64,000 nt of DNA from a virus. Position 1 is the stretch's first letter; every line of letters starts with the position of its first letter. The stretch lies in IMG/VR virus record IMGVR_UViG_3300032177_000002, positions 1-64,000 of that record; one strand, written 5' to 3'. Below the pieces are notes generated by a model. The model had not been told where the DNA came from, did not search any database, and saw only the letters and a program-made list of their open reading frames with translations. The position numbers and the translations under genes are program-made. Below are positions 17,775 through 27,682 of the stretch, in pieces.

Positions 17775-18272
17775 TTATCCTTTCTTTAGTAATCCATCTT
17801 TAACAAAATCACGCAGCCATGCGACCGTAGGGCCTGCTGTTAAGTAGCTAAGAAATACACTCCAATTAAACCCTTTTGCATCAAACGCCGCGAACAACCC
17901 AACCATTAGGGATAATACTCCTACAAGAATCCACGCGTATAATGTTCCTAGTTTATTCCATACTTTTAGTGCCGTTGCGACAAACACACTAAGAAATATA
18001 AATAGTGCCGCGACTAACCACCATTGCTTTGCTTTGATTGCACCTGTTAGATCTTTAGACGTATCTAGCGCATCTTCAGCGGTTGCTGGCCAAGTTACAC
18101 GAGGTCCAAGTGGTGTTGGTAGTATAATCGGTTTGGTAGGTGCGACCAATACTTCTGCCACACCAGTATCTTGTTTTGCTTGTTGTGCATATGCGTATTT
18201 TACGTTTAGTATGCCATAAATAAGGCATAAGCAACAACAGGTTTGCAAAAAAATAGATTTCATTTTTTTCAT
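17775..18272 (-). CDS. Multi-pass membrane protein (holin candidate)
   Basis: Probable start 18272 (MKKMKS); signal-like N-terminus plus 2-3 TM helices. Confidence 0.55.
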   Translation of the reverse strand: MKKMKSIFLQTCCCLCLIYGILNVKYAYAQQAKQDTGVAEVLVAPTKPIILPTPLGPRVTWPATAEDALDTSKDLTGAIKAKQWWLVAALFIFLSVFVATALKVWNKLGTLYAWILVGVLSLMVGLFAAFDAKGFNWSVFLSYLTAGPTVAWLRDFVKDGLLKKG

Positions 18273-18277
18273 CCTTT

Positions 18278-20830
18278 TTATTCCTTTGATCCAGCTAGAA
18301 TCAATTCGTCCCATACTTCTATGTGGTCTATCTCGAATCTGCGTTGTATTAATGCGGTATGATTTACGCATCCTATAGCTGCTTGAACCCTCATGTCATT
18401 CCAATCTGCTGGGTTTAATCCTCCAGATCTTATATCTAGCCCCATAATGCTTTCCATACCAGTCATCCAATAATTTATTGTGTTCGTTTCAAGATTAACA
18501 GTAAACCAAAAATCTAGCCATCCAAGATCATTACTTATCTGTCCAGGCGCATCAAATATTGCTGCATCTGCTTCCGCGTATGTACCAAGTGTATTACTAT
18601 TTAATTTCCAGTACACGTTTACCCCAGCTATATTGTAGTACTGAAAATATATTCTGTAATAACCGTCAGCGGATCGTAAACCTAAATAGTATCTTACATC
18701 ATTTGTTACAGGGACAACTCCATAAGCTATAGGTCTAGCCCTCGCATAAAAATTTATTTTACGATAAATATTAGACCGTAATACCCACATGGCAGGGCTT
18801 CTGATTGCTATTTCATCATATGTGGACATCCCATGAGTACTCATTAGCATAGTATCGCCATTACTAAGCATATTTAATACAGGATCATTAAAAGCTAAAA
18901 AGCCACCATCGCCATCTTGGTATGCAAACCATTTATTGCCTGTGACTAAAGTTACTTCATCGGTTCCTGACTTATACGCAAACGTATCTACGAATCTATG
19001 GCTATCCGCTAACCTGCCCCACGGGGTCCACCGCATAATTTCTGCACCTTCGCAATGATGTAGACCAACTTGTCTCGTGCAAGGAAGACCTATATCCAAC
19101 CCAGAAATGGCTTGTGGTTTTATGTTGAGCGCATATTTATCTGCCGCATTAGTTCCTTGTACCTGCGTCCTAATGTCTAGCCCGCATTTTGTATGGACAT
19201 CAGTTTCTGGACCTACTGTTCCTATCCATTGCCCAAGTTGTACTTTCATACCTGGGGATCCTGCAGCAGTAGCATCAATATCAGTTAAAATTGCGTCTCT
19301 TGGATCTGCTGCTCCTGTTGTGGCATTAAACCTGTTATTTTTTATGGATACAAGGTTACCAGTTCCGCCATCTGGTAATACGGTTAAACACGGTGTTGAA
19401 TTGTTTTGGCCATCTCTTCCAGTTACCATTAACCCATGCCAATTTATTAGCGTACCTCCAGTTGCAGCTGGCAATAATACTCTATTTCCAAATACCATGC
19501 GTGGATGTAAAATGCTGCACTGTACCCCGCTAGCTGCAGCCCAAGCTGGTGAAGCTCCTGTTAGTAAATTCTTGCATGTTATATGATTTATATCCGGTAT
19601 TGTAACTATAGCGTAAACTCCAGCAGCTACCCCTGTACGTAACCATACTAAATTAGTTTCTTTGTTTAAATGTATTGACATATGGGTAAGATTAACGGCT
19701 GCACGTGGAAACGTTATTGTATTACCGCTAATATTTACAGTTTCAGGATCCAATATGTAGCTATGAGTACTATCGCGTAATGTTTGTAGTATTGCTATAG
19801 GGAGCGCGCTAGAATCCCCGCATATAATTTCTAAGCCTAATTGAAAATAATCAGTGTTACCTACCCTGTTAAGTCTTAATTGCGCATTGTGTAAATCGTC
19901 AGCTCCACCACTTGTAGTATTTAGTTCCAGTGCACCGGAATCTACGAAAATAGATCTCCCTGCACCTGGACCAGGTATACCATCGTAAGCCCTGTCCAAA
20001 CTTATTATCTGCAATAAGGTTTGGTCGTCTATATTAAACGTTGGTGTCGTACCCCCCGTAATAGTTCCAAGGAATGTACACGTGTTATCCGTGCGTAAAC
20101 CCGTGTTCTTCCTCCAGCTTACTCCTTGAATGAATACCCTGTAATCCGCTACGGTTGTGCTGGGAGGTTGAGATCCGGTATTTTGCCCTAATGGGCCATT
20201 TACGCCTGAGTAAGGTATATCTATGTAATTATCACTTCCGATAAAAACGCTGTACCCCTCAAAAAATGCCGTCGTTTCTATCGGGCTAACCGGGTCTACT
20301 AACCAAACTCTTACTTTACGCCCAGCATGACTCGCTCCGGATTCCGTTATGGAATTGATATTTATGCGTAAAAATGCTCCTGGAGTATCAACAATAGATG
20401 TAGGTGTTCCTACGTTGCCAAATGTTTGTAACAATGCCGAGTACTCGGGATCCCCAGTCCTTGGGTTTATCTCGATTCCAGACTCAACCTCTGCGTAATA
20501 CACACCGACGTAATACACCGTTGTGCTAACGTTGGCAAAAGGGATCTCATATGTGATCCCTATACCTATGATGCTGTTTAAATCTATTGTGTGGTTACTA
20601 GCAAGTACGGAATGGCATGTAGGTGTAGTAACAATATCGAATGTGGAACCACCAGATGAATTGTTTAATCCTATCTTATCCTGCGATAAAACCCCTGTAG
20701 ACCCTGCGAAGAATGCGGATCCTACCTCGTCTATAGCTCCCTGCAAATAGTCTAAGAATTGGTTCTTAATAGCCGTGAGGCTCAACAGCCGTTTGGGGTA
20801 AATATTTACTTTCTTGTCGTTCGTTGGCAT
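18278..20830 (-). CDS. Tail fibre / baseplate-attached receptor-binding protein
   Basis: 850 aa, G/T/S-rich beta protein with a lectin-like C-terminus; last gene of the baseplate block. Confidence 0.7.
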   Translation of the reverse strand: MPTNDKKVNIYPKRLLSLTAIKNQFLDYLQGAIDEVGSAFFAGSTGVLSQDKIGLNNSSGGSTFDIVTTPTCHSVLASNHTIDLNSIIGIGITYEIPFANVSTTVYYVGVYYAEVESGIEINPRTGDPEYSALLQTFGNVGTPTSIVDTPGAFLRININSITESGASHAGRKVRVWLVDPVSPIETTAFFEGYSVFIGSDNYIDIPYSGVNGPLGQNTGSQPPSTTVADYRVFIQGVSWRKNTGLRTDNTCTFLGTITGGTTPTFNIDDQTLLQIISLDRAYDGIPGPGAGRSIFVDSGALELNTTSGGADDLHNAQLRLNRVGNTDYFQLGLEIICGDSSALPIAILQTLRDSTHSYILDPETVNISGNTITFPRAAVNLTHMSIHLNKETNLVWLRTGVAAGVYAIVTIPDINHITCKNLLTGASPAWAAASGVQCSILHPRMVFGNRVLLPAATGGTLINWHGLMVTGRDGQNNSTPCLTVLPDGGTGNLVSIKNNRFNATTGAADPRDAILTDIDATAAGSPGMKVQLGQWIGTVGPETDVHTKCGLDIRTQVQGTNAADKYALNIKPQAISGLDIGLPCTRQVGLHHCEGAEIMRWTPWGRLADSHRFVDTFAYKSGTDEVTLVTGNKWFAYQDGDGGFLAFNDPVLNMLSNGDTMLMSTHGMSTYDEIAIRSPAMWVLRSNIYRKINFYARARPIAYGVVPVTNDVRYYLGLRSADGYYRIYFQYYNIAGVNVYWKLNSNTLGTYAEADAAIFDAPGQISNDLGWLDFWFTVNLETNTINYWMTGMESIMGLDIRSGGLNPADWNDMRVQAAIGCVNHTALIQRRFEIDHIEVWDELILAGSKE

Positions 20831-20850
20831 ATGCGCTCCTACTGGTCCCC

Positions 20851-22434
20851 TTAATCAGGCAACCCAGGGTATGTTATTTCTGTAGGTGGAGGTCCTACAT
20901 GATCTGCTTCTATCGGCCATACAGCCGCCTCAACTATTCTTAATGATGCGCTTCCAGCCGTGCAAGAAGCCCCTACTTTTCCATTTAGGAAAGTACTTGA
21001 CGCGTCTTCTGGCTCCGAGGATGCGAATACTGGTTCGCCATCGAACGTCACCTTGAAATGCACTGCATAGCTAGGCATGTTTATGACATCCACTCTAATG
21101 ACATCCGCTACATTCGCCTTTAACCACGGCATCATTGATGTTTCTGCCAATGTGGTTTCTACGCCTAATCTGCATTTGATGAGCCGAAGCTTTTTGGTTG
21201 CCATGCTTAATTGCAAAGCATAATGGTTATTAGCGTCTATGTACCGGAAAAGCCCTCTAAACACAGATGTGTTGTCAGCAAGTGTTATTTTCCAATAAAT
21301 GGTTGCATCCCCCCAATCTTCTGCGTATAAGGCATTTGTTACTATCCTTCCTCCGCTAACTAACACGGTAGATCCCCCAGGGTTTGGTACTGTTGCATCT
21401 CCTGTTACTGCCCATTGGTCAAGATCATTAACTACTTTAAATTCATCAAGCAAGTCTATATAAACAATTCGTACCCTCTCTGATAATGGTCTCACTACTT
21501 CTATTAGGGATCTAAGGAGTTTTCTATTCATAACTCCGTCTAGTTCTCCTTTTACTGTGGCAGATGCAGCTCCAGGTAATGATGTAATAATTTCGTTACT
21601 AACAAATCTTTTATACATGTGTTTTAATGTTATTGATCCTAATGTAGAGGTAGAATTTACTGTTGTTATTACCCCAGTAGCTCCTGATATTACACCGGTT
21701 ACAATGTCTCCAACATAAAATGTACCAGATGTTAAATTATTATAAGTTAGTATGCCCACACTGTCATCTACTAATCTAACTTCTGACAGATACTCGTCCA
21801 TAGCGCCATATAATGACCCTGCATATTCCCCTTCAGACCCAACCGGGAAGTCTTCAATTATAGTTCCATATGTGCTGTACGGATTGCATGCATTTATGGC
21901 ATACGTTTTTGCAGCTATGCCGTCTTCTATTACTAAATATCTATAATCATACGTAGTAAAAAATATACCTAATGGCAACCCAGCTTCTATTGTAAATTTT
22001 CTTGGATCCCCGTCTGCAATATGTACAGTAAGCTCACGCGCAACTTTACCCCAAAAGTCTATGCACCATGGGTCAAAATTCCCCATTTCCTCGCCTAGGA
22101 TTAACTCATCAGTAACCATTCTGTAATCAAAGAAGTTCATTGTACGATAATTGTTTCCAGATACCATTCTTATAGGGTTCTCTATTATGCCAAGTTCACT
22201 TGGTTTTTTACTCCAAAATGGTATTGATAACGTTAAAAGACGGCGTAATTCTGCTTCTTTTATTGCGCCTAAGTACAAATTAGTAGTGAACCCTAATAAT
22301 GGTTTTAAGTATTTTAGCCACTTATAATCAATATTAGTAACTTCGAACAATGCAGGTAATTTTGTTGCCGGATCGTAAATGTAGTCTTCCCAAACGGAAT
22401 CTATGTGATCACATATTTTTCTTAAAATACCCAT
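20851..22434 (-). CDS. Baseplate wedge / tail protein I-like with extra beta domains
   Basis: WLKYLKPLLG..ELRRLL..W.KK N-terminus, LIEVVRP; lectin-like C-terminus. Confidence 0.65.
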   Translation of the reverse strand: MGILRKICDHIDSVWEDYIYDPATKLPALFEVTNIDYKWLKYLKPLLGFTTNLYLGAIKEAELRRLLTLSIPFWSKKPSELGIIENPIRMVSGNNYRTMNFFDYRMVTDELILGEEMGNFDPWCIDFWGKVARELTVHIADGDPRKFTIEAGLPLGIFFTTYDYRYLVIEDGIAAKTYAINACNPYSTYGTIIEDFPVGSEGEYAGSLYGAMDEYLSEVRLVDDSVGILTYNNLTSGTFYVGDIVTGVISGATGVITTVNSTSTLGSITLKHMYKRFVSNEIITSLPGAASATVKGELDGVMNRKLLRSLIEVVRPLSERVRIVYIDLLDEFKVVNDLDQWAVTGDATVPNPGGSTVLVSGGRIVTNALYAEDWGDATIYWKITLADNTSVFRGLFRYIDANNHYALQLSMATKKLRLIKCRLGVETTLAETSMMPWLKANVADVIRVDVINMPSYAVHFKVTFDGEPVFASSEPEDASSTFLNGKVGASCTAGSASLRIVEAAVWPIEADHVGPPPTEITYPGLPD

Positions 22435-22459
22435 TTTCTATACCCAACCATTTTTTACT

Positions 22460-22939
22460 TTATGTATTATCTTCATCTGTATCACGTACTCCTTTAATAA
22501 TCATATTGTAAACTTTTAAGGTTACTATGCGTTTTATTATATCGAAGTACCAAGATGTATCTAGTACCTCCAGGTTACTATTAGTAGCGCGTACTCGTAC
22601 AGTTATTCTTTCTTCGGCTACCCATTTCAACGCAGTGTTTGGTGTAATTCGAAACTTAAATCCCAGATTTTTAATACTAAATTCTGATGTAGTCCAATCC
22701 GCAAGGAACCCATTTGCATTAAATACTAACACGCCTCTAACCCAAATTTGTATAGACGGTAGGAGTACTTTGGTGTAATTGTCAGCAATCGTAAATTCTA
22801 TGTCTACTGATTTTTTTACGTTTACTGTGTTAGGAGATGGCAAGACTTCAGTAACGTACGGTCGTGATACAAAAGTAGTAGATCTGTATTCCTTACCATA
22901 AGGTATATTACGCCCATACTGACTATGCCCATGACTCAT
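22460..22939 (-). CDS. Ig-like structural/adaptor protein (paralog of 25575-26054)
   Basis: PYVTEVLP.PN...IEFTIADNYT..IWVRGVLVFNA..EERITVRV.A...DTSWYF. Confidence 0.75.
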   Translation of the reverse strand: MSHGHSQYGRNIPYGKEYRSTTFVSRPYVTEVLPSPNTVNVKKSVDIEFTIADNYTKVLLPSIQIWVRGVLVFNANGFLADWTTSEFSIKNLGFKFRITPNTALKWVAEERITVRVRATNSNLEVLDTSWYFDIIKRIVTLKVYNMIIKGVRDTDEDNT

Positions 22940-22968
22940 TGGTATACCACTCCTTTGCTTGAATGCAC

Positions 22969-23679
22969 CTAATTACGGACAGGCTTAATATGCATTGCTT
23001 GCGCTTTTTTCACCTCAAAAGCCCGGCTAATTGTATAATTATGCTTGTTATGCTGACTTGTATTCCCTTCCCATTTTCTCCAACAGTATAAGTATTGGGG
23101 TACCATTAAAAACTTATGCCCATTAACCAGCAATCTAAGCATAAGTTCGTAATCTTCTGCCATCGTGTAATCTTCATTATACCCACCCTCATCAAGAATC
23201 CTATTTTTATCAAACATAAAGCACCCATGATAAAATGATAAGCCGTTCTTTATATATTTCGCTATGTCTCTATGTGTTTTTACTAAACTGTACTGTTTTA
23301 CAGGTTTAGTATCTTGCAATTTAATATAACAGTAACTAAGCGCTAAAATAGAATTTGATGTCTTGAAAATAGCGTATTGTATATTTAACCTGTCAGGCAT
23401 TGATATATCATCTCCATCCATTCTTGCTATTACATTATATTTACTATTACGTAATCCTATATTTAAAGAGCTAGCTAATCCTACATTACATCCATTAGAA
23501 ATTAGCTTTATTCTTGAGTCCACTTTCATTTTGTCTTTTATTATTTTGCATGTTTGATCAGTAGAGCCATCGTTTATTATTAAAAATTCAAAATCTAAAA
23601 AAGTCTGGCCTAGTATACTATCTATGGCTGATACCAAATATCTTTCTTCGTTATATACTGGCATGATAATTGTTATCAC
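22969..23679 (-). CDS. Glycosyltransferase family 2 (GT-A)
   Basis: IIMPVYNEERYL..AIDSIL.QTF.DFEFLIINDGSTD, N.GLASSLNIGL, ARMDGDD, AEDYEL. Confidence 0.93.
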   Translation of the reverse strand: MITIIMPVYNEERYLVSAIDSILGQTFLDFEFLIINDGSTDQTCKIIKDKMKVDSRIKLISNGCNVGLASSLNIGLRNSKYNVIARMDGDDISMPDRLNIQYAIFKTSNSILALSYCYIKLQDTKPVKQYSLVKTHRDIAKYIKNGLSFYHGCFMFDKNRILDEGGYNEDYTMAEDYELMLRLLVNGHKFLMVPQYLYCWRKWEGNTSQHNKHNYTISRAFEVKKAQAMHIKPVRN

Positions 23680-23701
23680 GTACGCACCTTATACTATAAT
23701 T

Positions 23702-25543
23702 CTATGTAGTAATCAATAATGCTTGTATTTTCCAGCTGCATTCTGTACCAGCACCAAAATTGCTGCCAGTGTAAGCTCGCCATTCTATTTTTACATTATG
23801 ATTCCCAATAGGTAAACTAGGTAAAGTAACCATACCGGTAAATTCGTATGTATTTGAAGAAGTAGTATATATTTGCCACGAATTATCAGTAACGTATATT
23901 GGCGTGGTATCATAATCAAATACAAGACGAAATTTACCGAGATTAGCACCAGCACCAACACCGATACATATTTTAACTACTAAGAAATATACTCCAGCAA
24001 CTACTGATGGGCTTAATATCTCATACATATCTCCTGGTTCAGGTACTACCGGGTAACCGATACCTGTAAAGCTTGTTCCACTAGTTACTCTACCAGCAAT
24101 AGGGGCTTTATTAAGCATTACTACCGGTAATCCTAAACCGCCTGTATATATAGCTTGAATTTTCCAATTAAAATAGTTAGGACTCGTGCTTATAGTAGAT
24201 CCTGTAATAGCAGACCAGTCTATTTTTACGTTATGTGTGCCTACTGCTAGATTAACGGTACATACAAAGTTGCTAATTAGTACAGGTGTCGGTACAAGGT
24301 CCTTATATAACTTCCACGAAGCATCAGTAACGTATATTGGTGTGGTATCATAATCAAATACTAACCTAAATGCGGCCCCGGTACCCACATCAATACAAAA
24401 ATTAACTTTTACCATAACAAAATAAACGCCTGGTTTAGATACGTAAAATTCCTCGAACATATCTCCTGGTTCATCAATTCCTGGGTAACCTACCGCATCG
24501 AACCCATTTACATTCTTTGTAAGAGCCGTACTAGGCGCTTTGTTAAGCATCTCAATAACTGCACCTATACTTCCACCACCAGTACTATCTTGCCATGAAG
24601 CAACGTTTGACCCTGTTGCTGTCAATACTTGACCGGCAGTAGGAGCAGTAGCGGAAGAAACGTATACTACAGTAGTAGCCGTCCTAATTCCACTAGCTGT
24701 CCTGTCGCCTGTTAGTCTTGAATCATTACCTTGGCATACCGTGTTAACTGCAGTCCCATAAGTAGGGGATAATTGCAGTTGCTCATTACCTGAAGGATTT
24801 AATACTGATTTTTGTAGCCCATTAGCGACAGTTACTTTTGAATCCAGGTACGAAGTAGTGGTGTCTGACGTAGTTACTTTAGACTTAGTATCTTCAGTTA
24901 CTCCGCCAGTACCAAATGATGAAAAAGCTACTTTTTTCTTTGTAAACGTATCCGAGGAGTCTTCTAACAATAAAATATCAGCGCTTATTGGGGTAGACTT
25001 TAAAGTAAATGAGTTAAAATCCCCAGCAGCCCGCTTCAATTGAGAATCGTTTGTGACACTTCCTAAGCTTACTTGTGTCTTTGTAACCGAGTGAGGATTA
25101 CTTACGTTTATCTCATGCAAATGCAAAACTGATTCAATTATTCTAAGCGTTTTATCTATTAGGTATTGCCCCCAATTTCTAGAGTAGTCGCCGGGTAAGT
25201 ACAGCTGGTACCATCTAGTTTTAACTAAAATTTGTTGTTCGCAATCTGATAAATCTAAATCTGGATTACTATTACCTTCCGTATTTGTGGCTACGCACCT
25301 AATCACGTATCCGCCGTCAATTTCTCCGTCAACGTATAACCCAGGAGCTTGAATGGTAGCCACGCCGTTTATAAAATCTACGTTTACTCCTACCTTCGCA
25401 TTAGATCCATACGGTACTGATAGTATTTCCCATCTCCACGCGTAAGGAGATCCAGTAGCTGTTGCTCCCATAGTTACTAATTGTGGGGATACCGAGTAAC
25501 TAATTTCAATGTCAGTGTTACATGTTACTTTAGGTATAGCCAT
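23702..25543 (-). CDS. Tail fibre protein with PKD-like N-terminus and two tandem C-terminal beta domains
   Basis: NPHSVTKTQVSLG fibre motif; duplicated ~145-aa domain (FRLVFDYDTTPIYVTD twice); N-terminal ~210 aa paralogous to 30032-30925. Confidence 0.8.
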   Translation of the reverse strand: MAIPKVTCNTDIEISYSVSPQLVTMGATATGSPYAWRWEILSVPYGSNAKVGVNVDFINGVATIQAPGLYVDGEIDGGYVIRCVATNTEGNSNPDLDLSDCEQQILVKTRWYQLYLPGDYSRNWGQYLIDKTLRIIESVLHLHEINVSNPHSVTKTQVSLGSVTNDSQLKRAAGDFNSFTLKSTPISADILLLEDSSDTFTKKKVAFSSFGTGGVTEDTKSKVTTSDTTTSYLDSKVTVANGLQKSVLNPSGNEQLQLSPTYGTAVNTVCQGNDSRLTGDRTASGIRTATTVVYVSSATAPTAGQVLTATGSNVASWQDSTGGGSIGAVIEMLNKAPSTALTKNVNGFDAVGYPGIDEPGDMFEEFYVSKPGVYFVMVKVNFCIDVGTGAAFRLVFDYDTTPIYVTDASWKLYKDLVPTPVLISNFVCTVNLAVGTHNVKIDWSAITGSTISTSPNYFNWKIQAIYTGGLGLPVVMLNKAPIAGRVTSGTSFTGIGYPVVPEPGDMYEILSPSVVAGVYFLVVKICIGVGAGANLGKFRLVFDYDTTPIYVTDNSWQIYTTSSNTYEFTGMVTLPSLPIGNHNVKIEWRAYTGSNFGAGTECSWKIQALLITT

Positions 25544-25574
25544 TATCTTGTCCTTTACTTGGCATACTATTCAT

Positions 25575-26054
25575 TTAGTCAGAGTATTCATCGGCTTTTC
25601 GCAAACCATCAACTATCATAGGATAAACTTTGAACGTAAAAGGTCTTTCTATTATTACGAATTTCCATGTGTCATCTACTATTCTAGACGCTCCATTTTT
25701 TGCGTATGCACGGATGGATATTTCTTCTTCTGCCAACCATCTTAATATTGGATCTGGTTTAATCCAGAACCAAAACCCAAGACCTAAAACTCCGTATCTT
25801 GAAGCTGACCATCCTCTAAGGAACGCCCCTGCGTTAAAAACAAGAGCACCTCGTATCCATACCTTTATGGTAGACCGTATTATTTGCGTGTAGTCATCCG
25901 TAATAATAAATTCTACGCAAGCAGTTCTAATAACGTCTTGCTCGTCAACATTAGGCATTTTTTCTATGATATATGGCGCTGGTCTACGGCCTGCTATAGA
26001 TCCATGACCATAGTAAGTTCCTCTTCCGTATCTGCTTTTGCCATACCCCATCAT
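25575..26054 (-). CDS. Ig-like structural/adaptor protein (paralog of 22460-22939)
   Basis: Same length (159 aa) and same motifs as 22460-22939. Confidence 0.75.
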   Translation of the reverse strand: MMGYGKSRYGRGTYYGHGSIAGRRPAPYIIEKMPNVDEQDVIRTACVEFIITDDYTQIIRSTIKVWIRGALVFNAGAFLRGWSASRYGVLGLGFWFWIKPDPILRWLAEEEISIRAYAKNGASRIVDDTWKFVIIERPFTFKVYPMIVDGLRKADEYSD

Positions 26055-26061
26055 AGCCCTC

Positions 26062-26886
26062 CTATGGAAGTGTTACACGAAAAAAATCAAAAGAAGCACC
26101 GCCCCTATCAATATGGGGTGTTTTATCAGAAGTACAACGAGCCCACCACATAATTCCAAATCTTTGTGGAATAAGATCAATCCATTGGCTATAATCCATA
26201 GCTATACACCACCAAGAATACCCATCTAGACTGCTATAAATACTCGCAGTTTTAGTAGAGTTATTCCATACTATTTTTATGTAACACCCTTTTCCAGACA
26301 CAGTACATCCAGTAGACATAGTCTTTCCAGACCCGTAATTTGTCCATGCTAGTGAAGTCGGTGGATTATTAGCAGTCCCCAAGTATCCTATACCAGCTCG
26401 ATAACCTCTGTAATAAAAAGTAGTATCAACATAATCAGAAGACATATAAATACCGTACATACCCCCTATAGCCTGATATGCATTTACTTTAGTAATTATA
26501 GTAAAACTTGCGTTAGGGGCAACTTGATACAAAACATGCTGATCTGGCCACCAGTTACCATACTCACCACCATCCCATCCAACAGTTGCCCATACTTTTC
26601 CTTTACTAACCCCGTATGACTCTACTCCAGAAGACGGAGCTCCAGCCAACATCCAACTCCATTTGCTTGTATTTAATGTGGTACCATCAAACTCATCATC
26701 ATAAATAGACGGATTTATAGGTGGTGTATCAGCAGAATATACAGCAGTTGGAATACTACCAAAAGCTAACGAAGTAGCCGTATCATTTACAGCTACTAGT
26801 TTACTTCCTTGTCCTGAATAACTATCAGGTGTAACATCAGACAAATTTAAAAAATTATTATTTTGTTGAGATGGCGTAATAGTCAT
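26062..26886 (-). CDS. Receptor-binding/lectin-fold fibre protein, paralog 1
   Basis: FLNLSDVTPDSYSGQGSKLVAVN, PSIYDDEF, ConA-like end YSSLDG.SW...FDFFRVT. Confidence 0.75.
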   Translation of the reverse strand: MTITPSQQNNNFLNLSDVTPDSYSGQGSKLVAVNDTATSLAFGSIPTAVYSADTPPINPSIYDDEFDGTTLNTSKWSWMLAGAPSSGVESYGVSKGKVWATVGWDGGEYGNWWPDQHVLYQVAPNASFTIITKVNAYQAIGGMYGIYMSSDYVDTTFYYRGYRAGIGYLGTANNPPTSLAWTNYGSGKTMSTGCTVSGKGCYIKIVWNNSTKTASIYSSLDGYSWWCIAMDYSQWIDLIPQRFGIMWWARCTSDKTPHIDRGGASFDFFRVTLP

Positions 26887-26898
26887 TATCTTTTCTTT

Positions 26899-27669
26899 TT
26901 ATAAAGTTACTCTAAAATAATCTACGGATAATCCCATACTGGTTAACCGACTGCCATAATAAAAAGCGGAAAGAAAAGCCATTCCAAAATAATTTATCGT
27001 TGTTAAATTATTATCGTGTGTAGTTCCATTAGTAATCGGTAGCCAAACAAGTCCATCTGGACTTGCCCATCCTCTAAATTTAGCTGTAGTCTTATTCCAC
27101 GTCGCTTTAAAATACAAATTATTAGGTGAAAGAGATATAGTCGTGTTTAATATTGTCCAAGATGAACCTGACCAATACATAGAACATGCCATATAGTTAC
27201 TGGTATAACCCATTCCTATTAGAATTGGACTTTCCGCGCCAAAAGAGCTATTCCCCATAAATAACCCACAAAAAACATGGTGATACTGCGATGAACTCAT
27301 TTTTGCAAGTATAGTAAAACTTTGATTTGGTGCTGGTTGTGCAATTACATTGGCATACTGAGGATCTACAGCAACATCATTGAAAGTTAAAAACATTTTA
27401 CCATTATTAACATTTACAGATAATGGAGCACCATTATAATACCAACCCCATTTTGGATTTAAAGAGACTCCTGAAAATTCATCATCGTAAATTGACGGAA
27501 TTATCGGAGGTATATCTGCTGGAGATGAGCTATACGAAGCAACAGAAGAAAATTCTAAAGCTGTAGCCCCAGAATTAACTACTATTCCTTTTCCACCGTT
27601 TCCTACAAACGTATTAGGACTATCTGTAAGATTTAAAAAATTATCGTTAAGTTGAGAAGGGAAGATCAT
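26899..27669 (-). CDS. Receptor-binding/lectin-fold fibre protein, paralog 2
   Basis: FLNLTDSPNTFVGNGGKGIVVN, PSIYDDEF, WASPDG.VW...VDYFRVT. Confidence 0.75.
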   Translation of the reverse strand: MIFPSQLNDNFLNLTDSPNTFVGNGGKGIVVNSGATALEFSSVASYSSSPADIPPIIPSIYDDEFSGVSLNPKWGWYYNGAPLSVNVNNGKMFLTFNDVAVDPQYANVIAQPAPNQSFTILAKMSSSQYHHVFCGLFMGNSSFGAESPILIGMGYTSNYMACSMYWSGSSWTILNTTISLSPNNLYFKATWNKTTAKFRGWASPDGLVWLPITNGTTHDNNLTTINYFGMAFLSAFYYGSRLTSMGLSVDYFRVTL

Positions 27670-27682
27670 TGTAAATATACTC

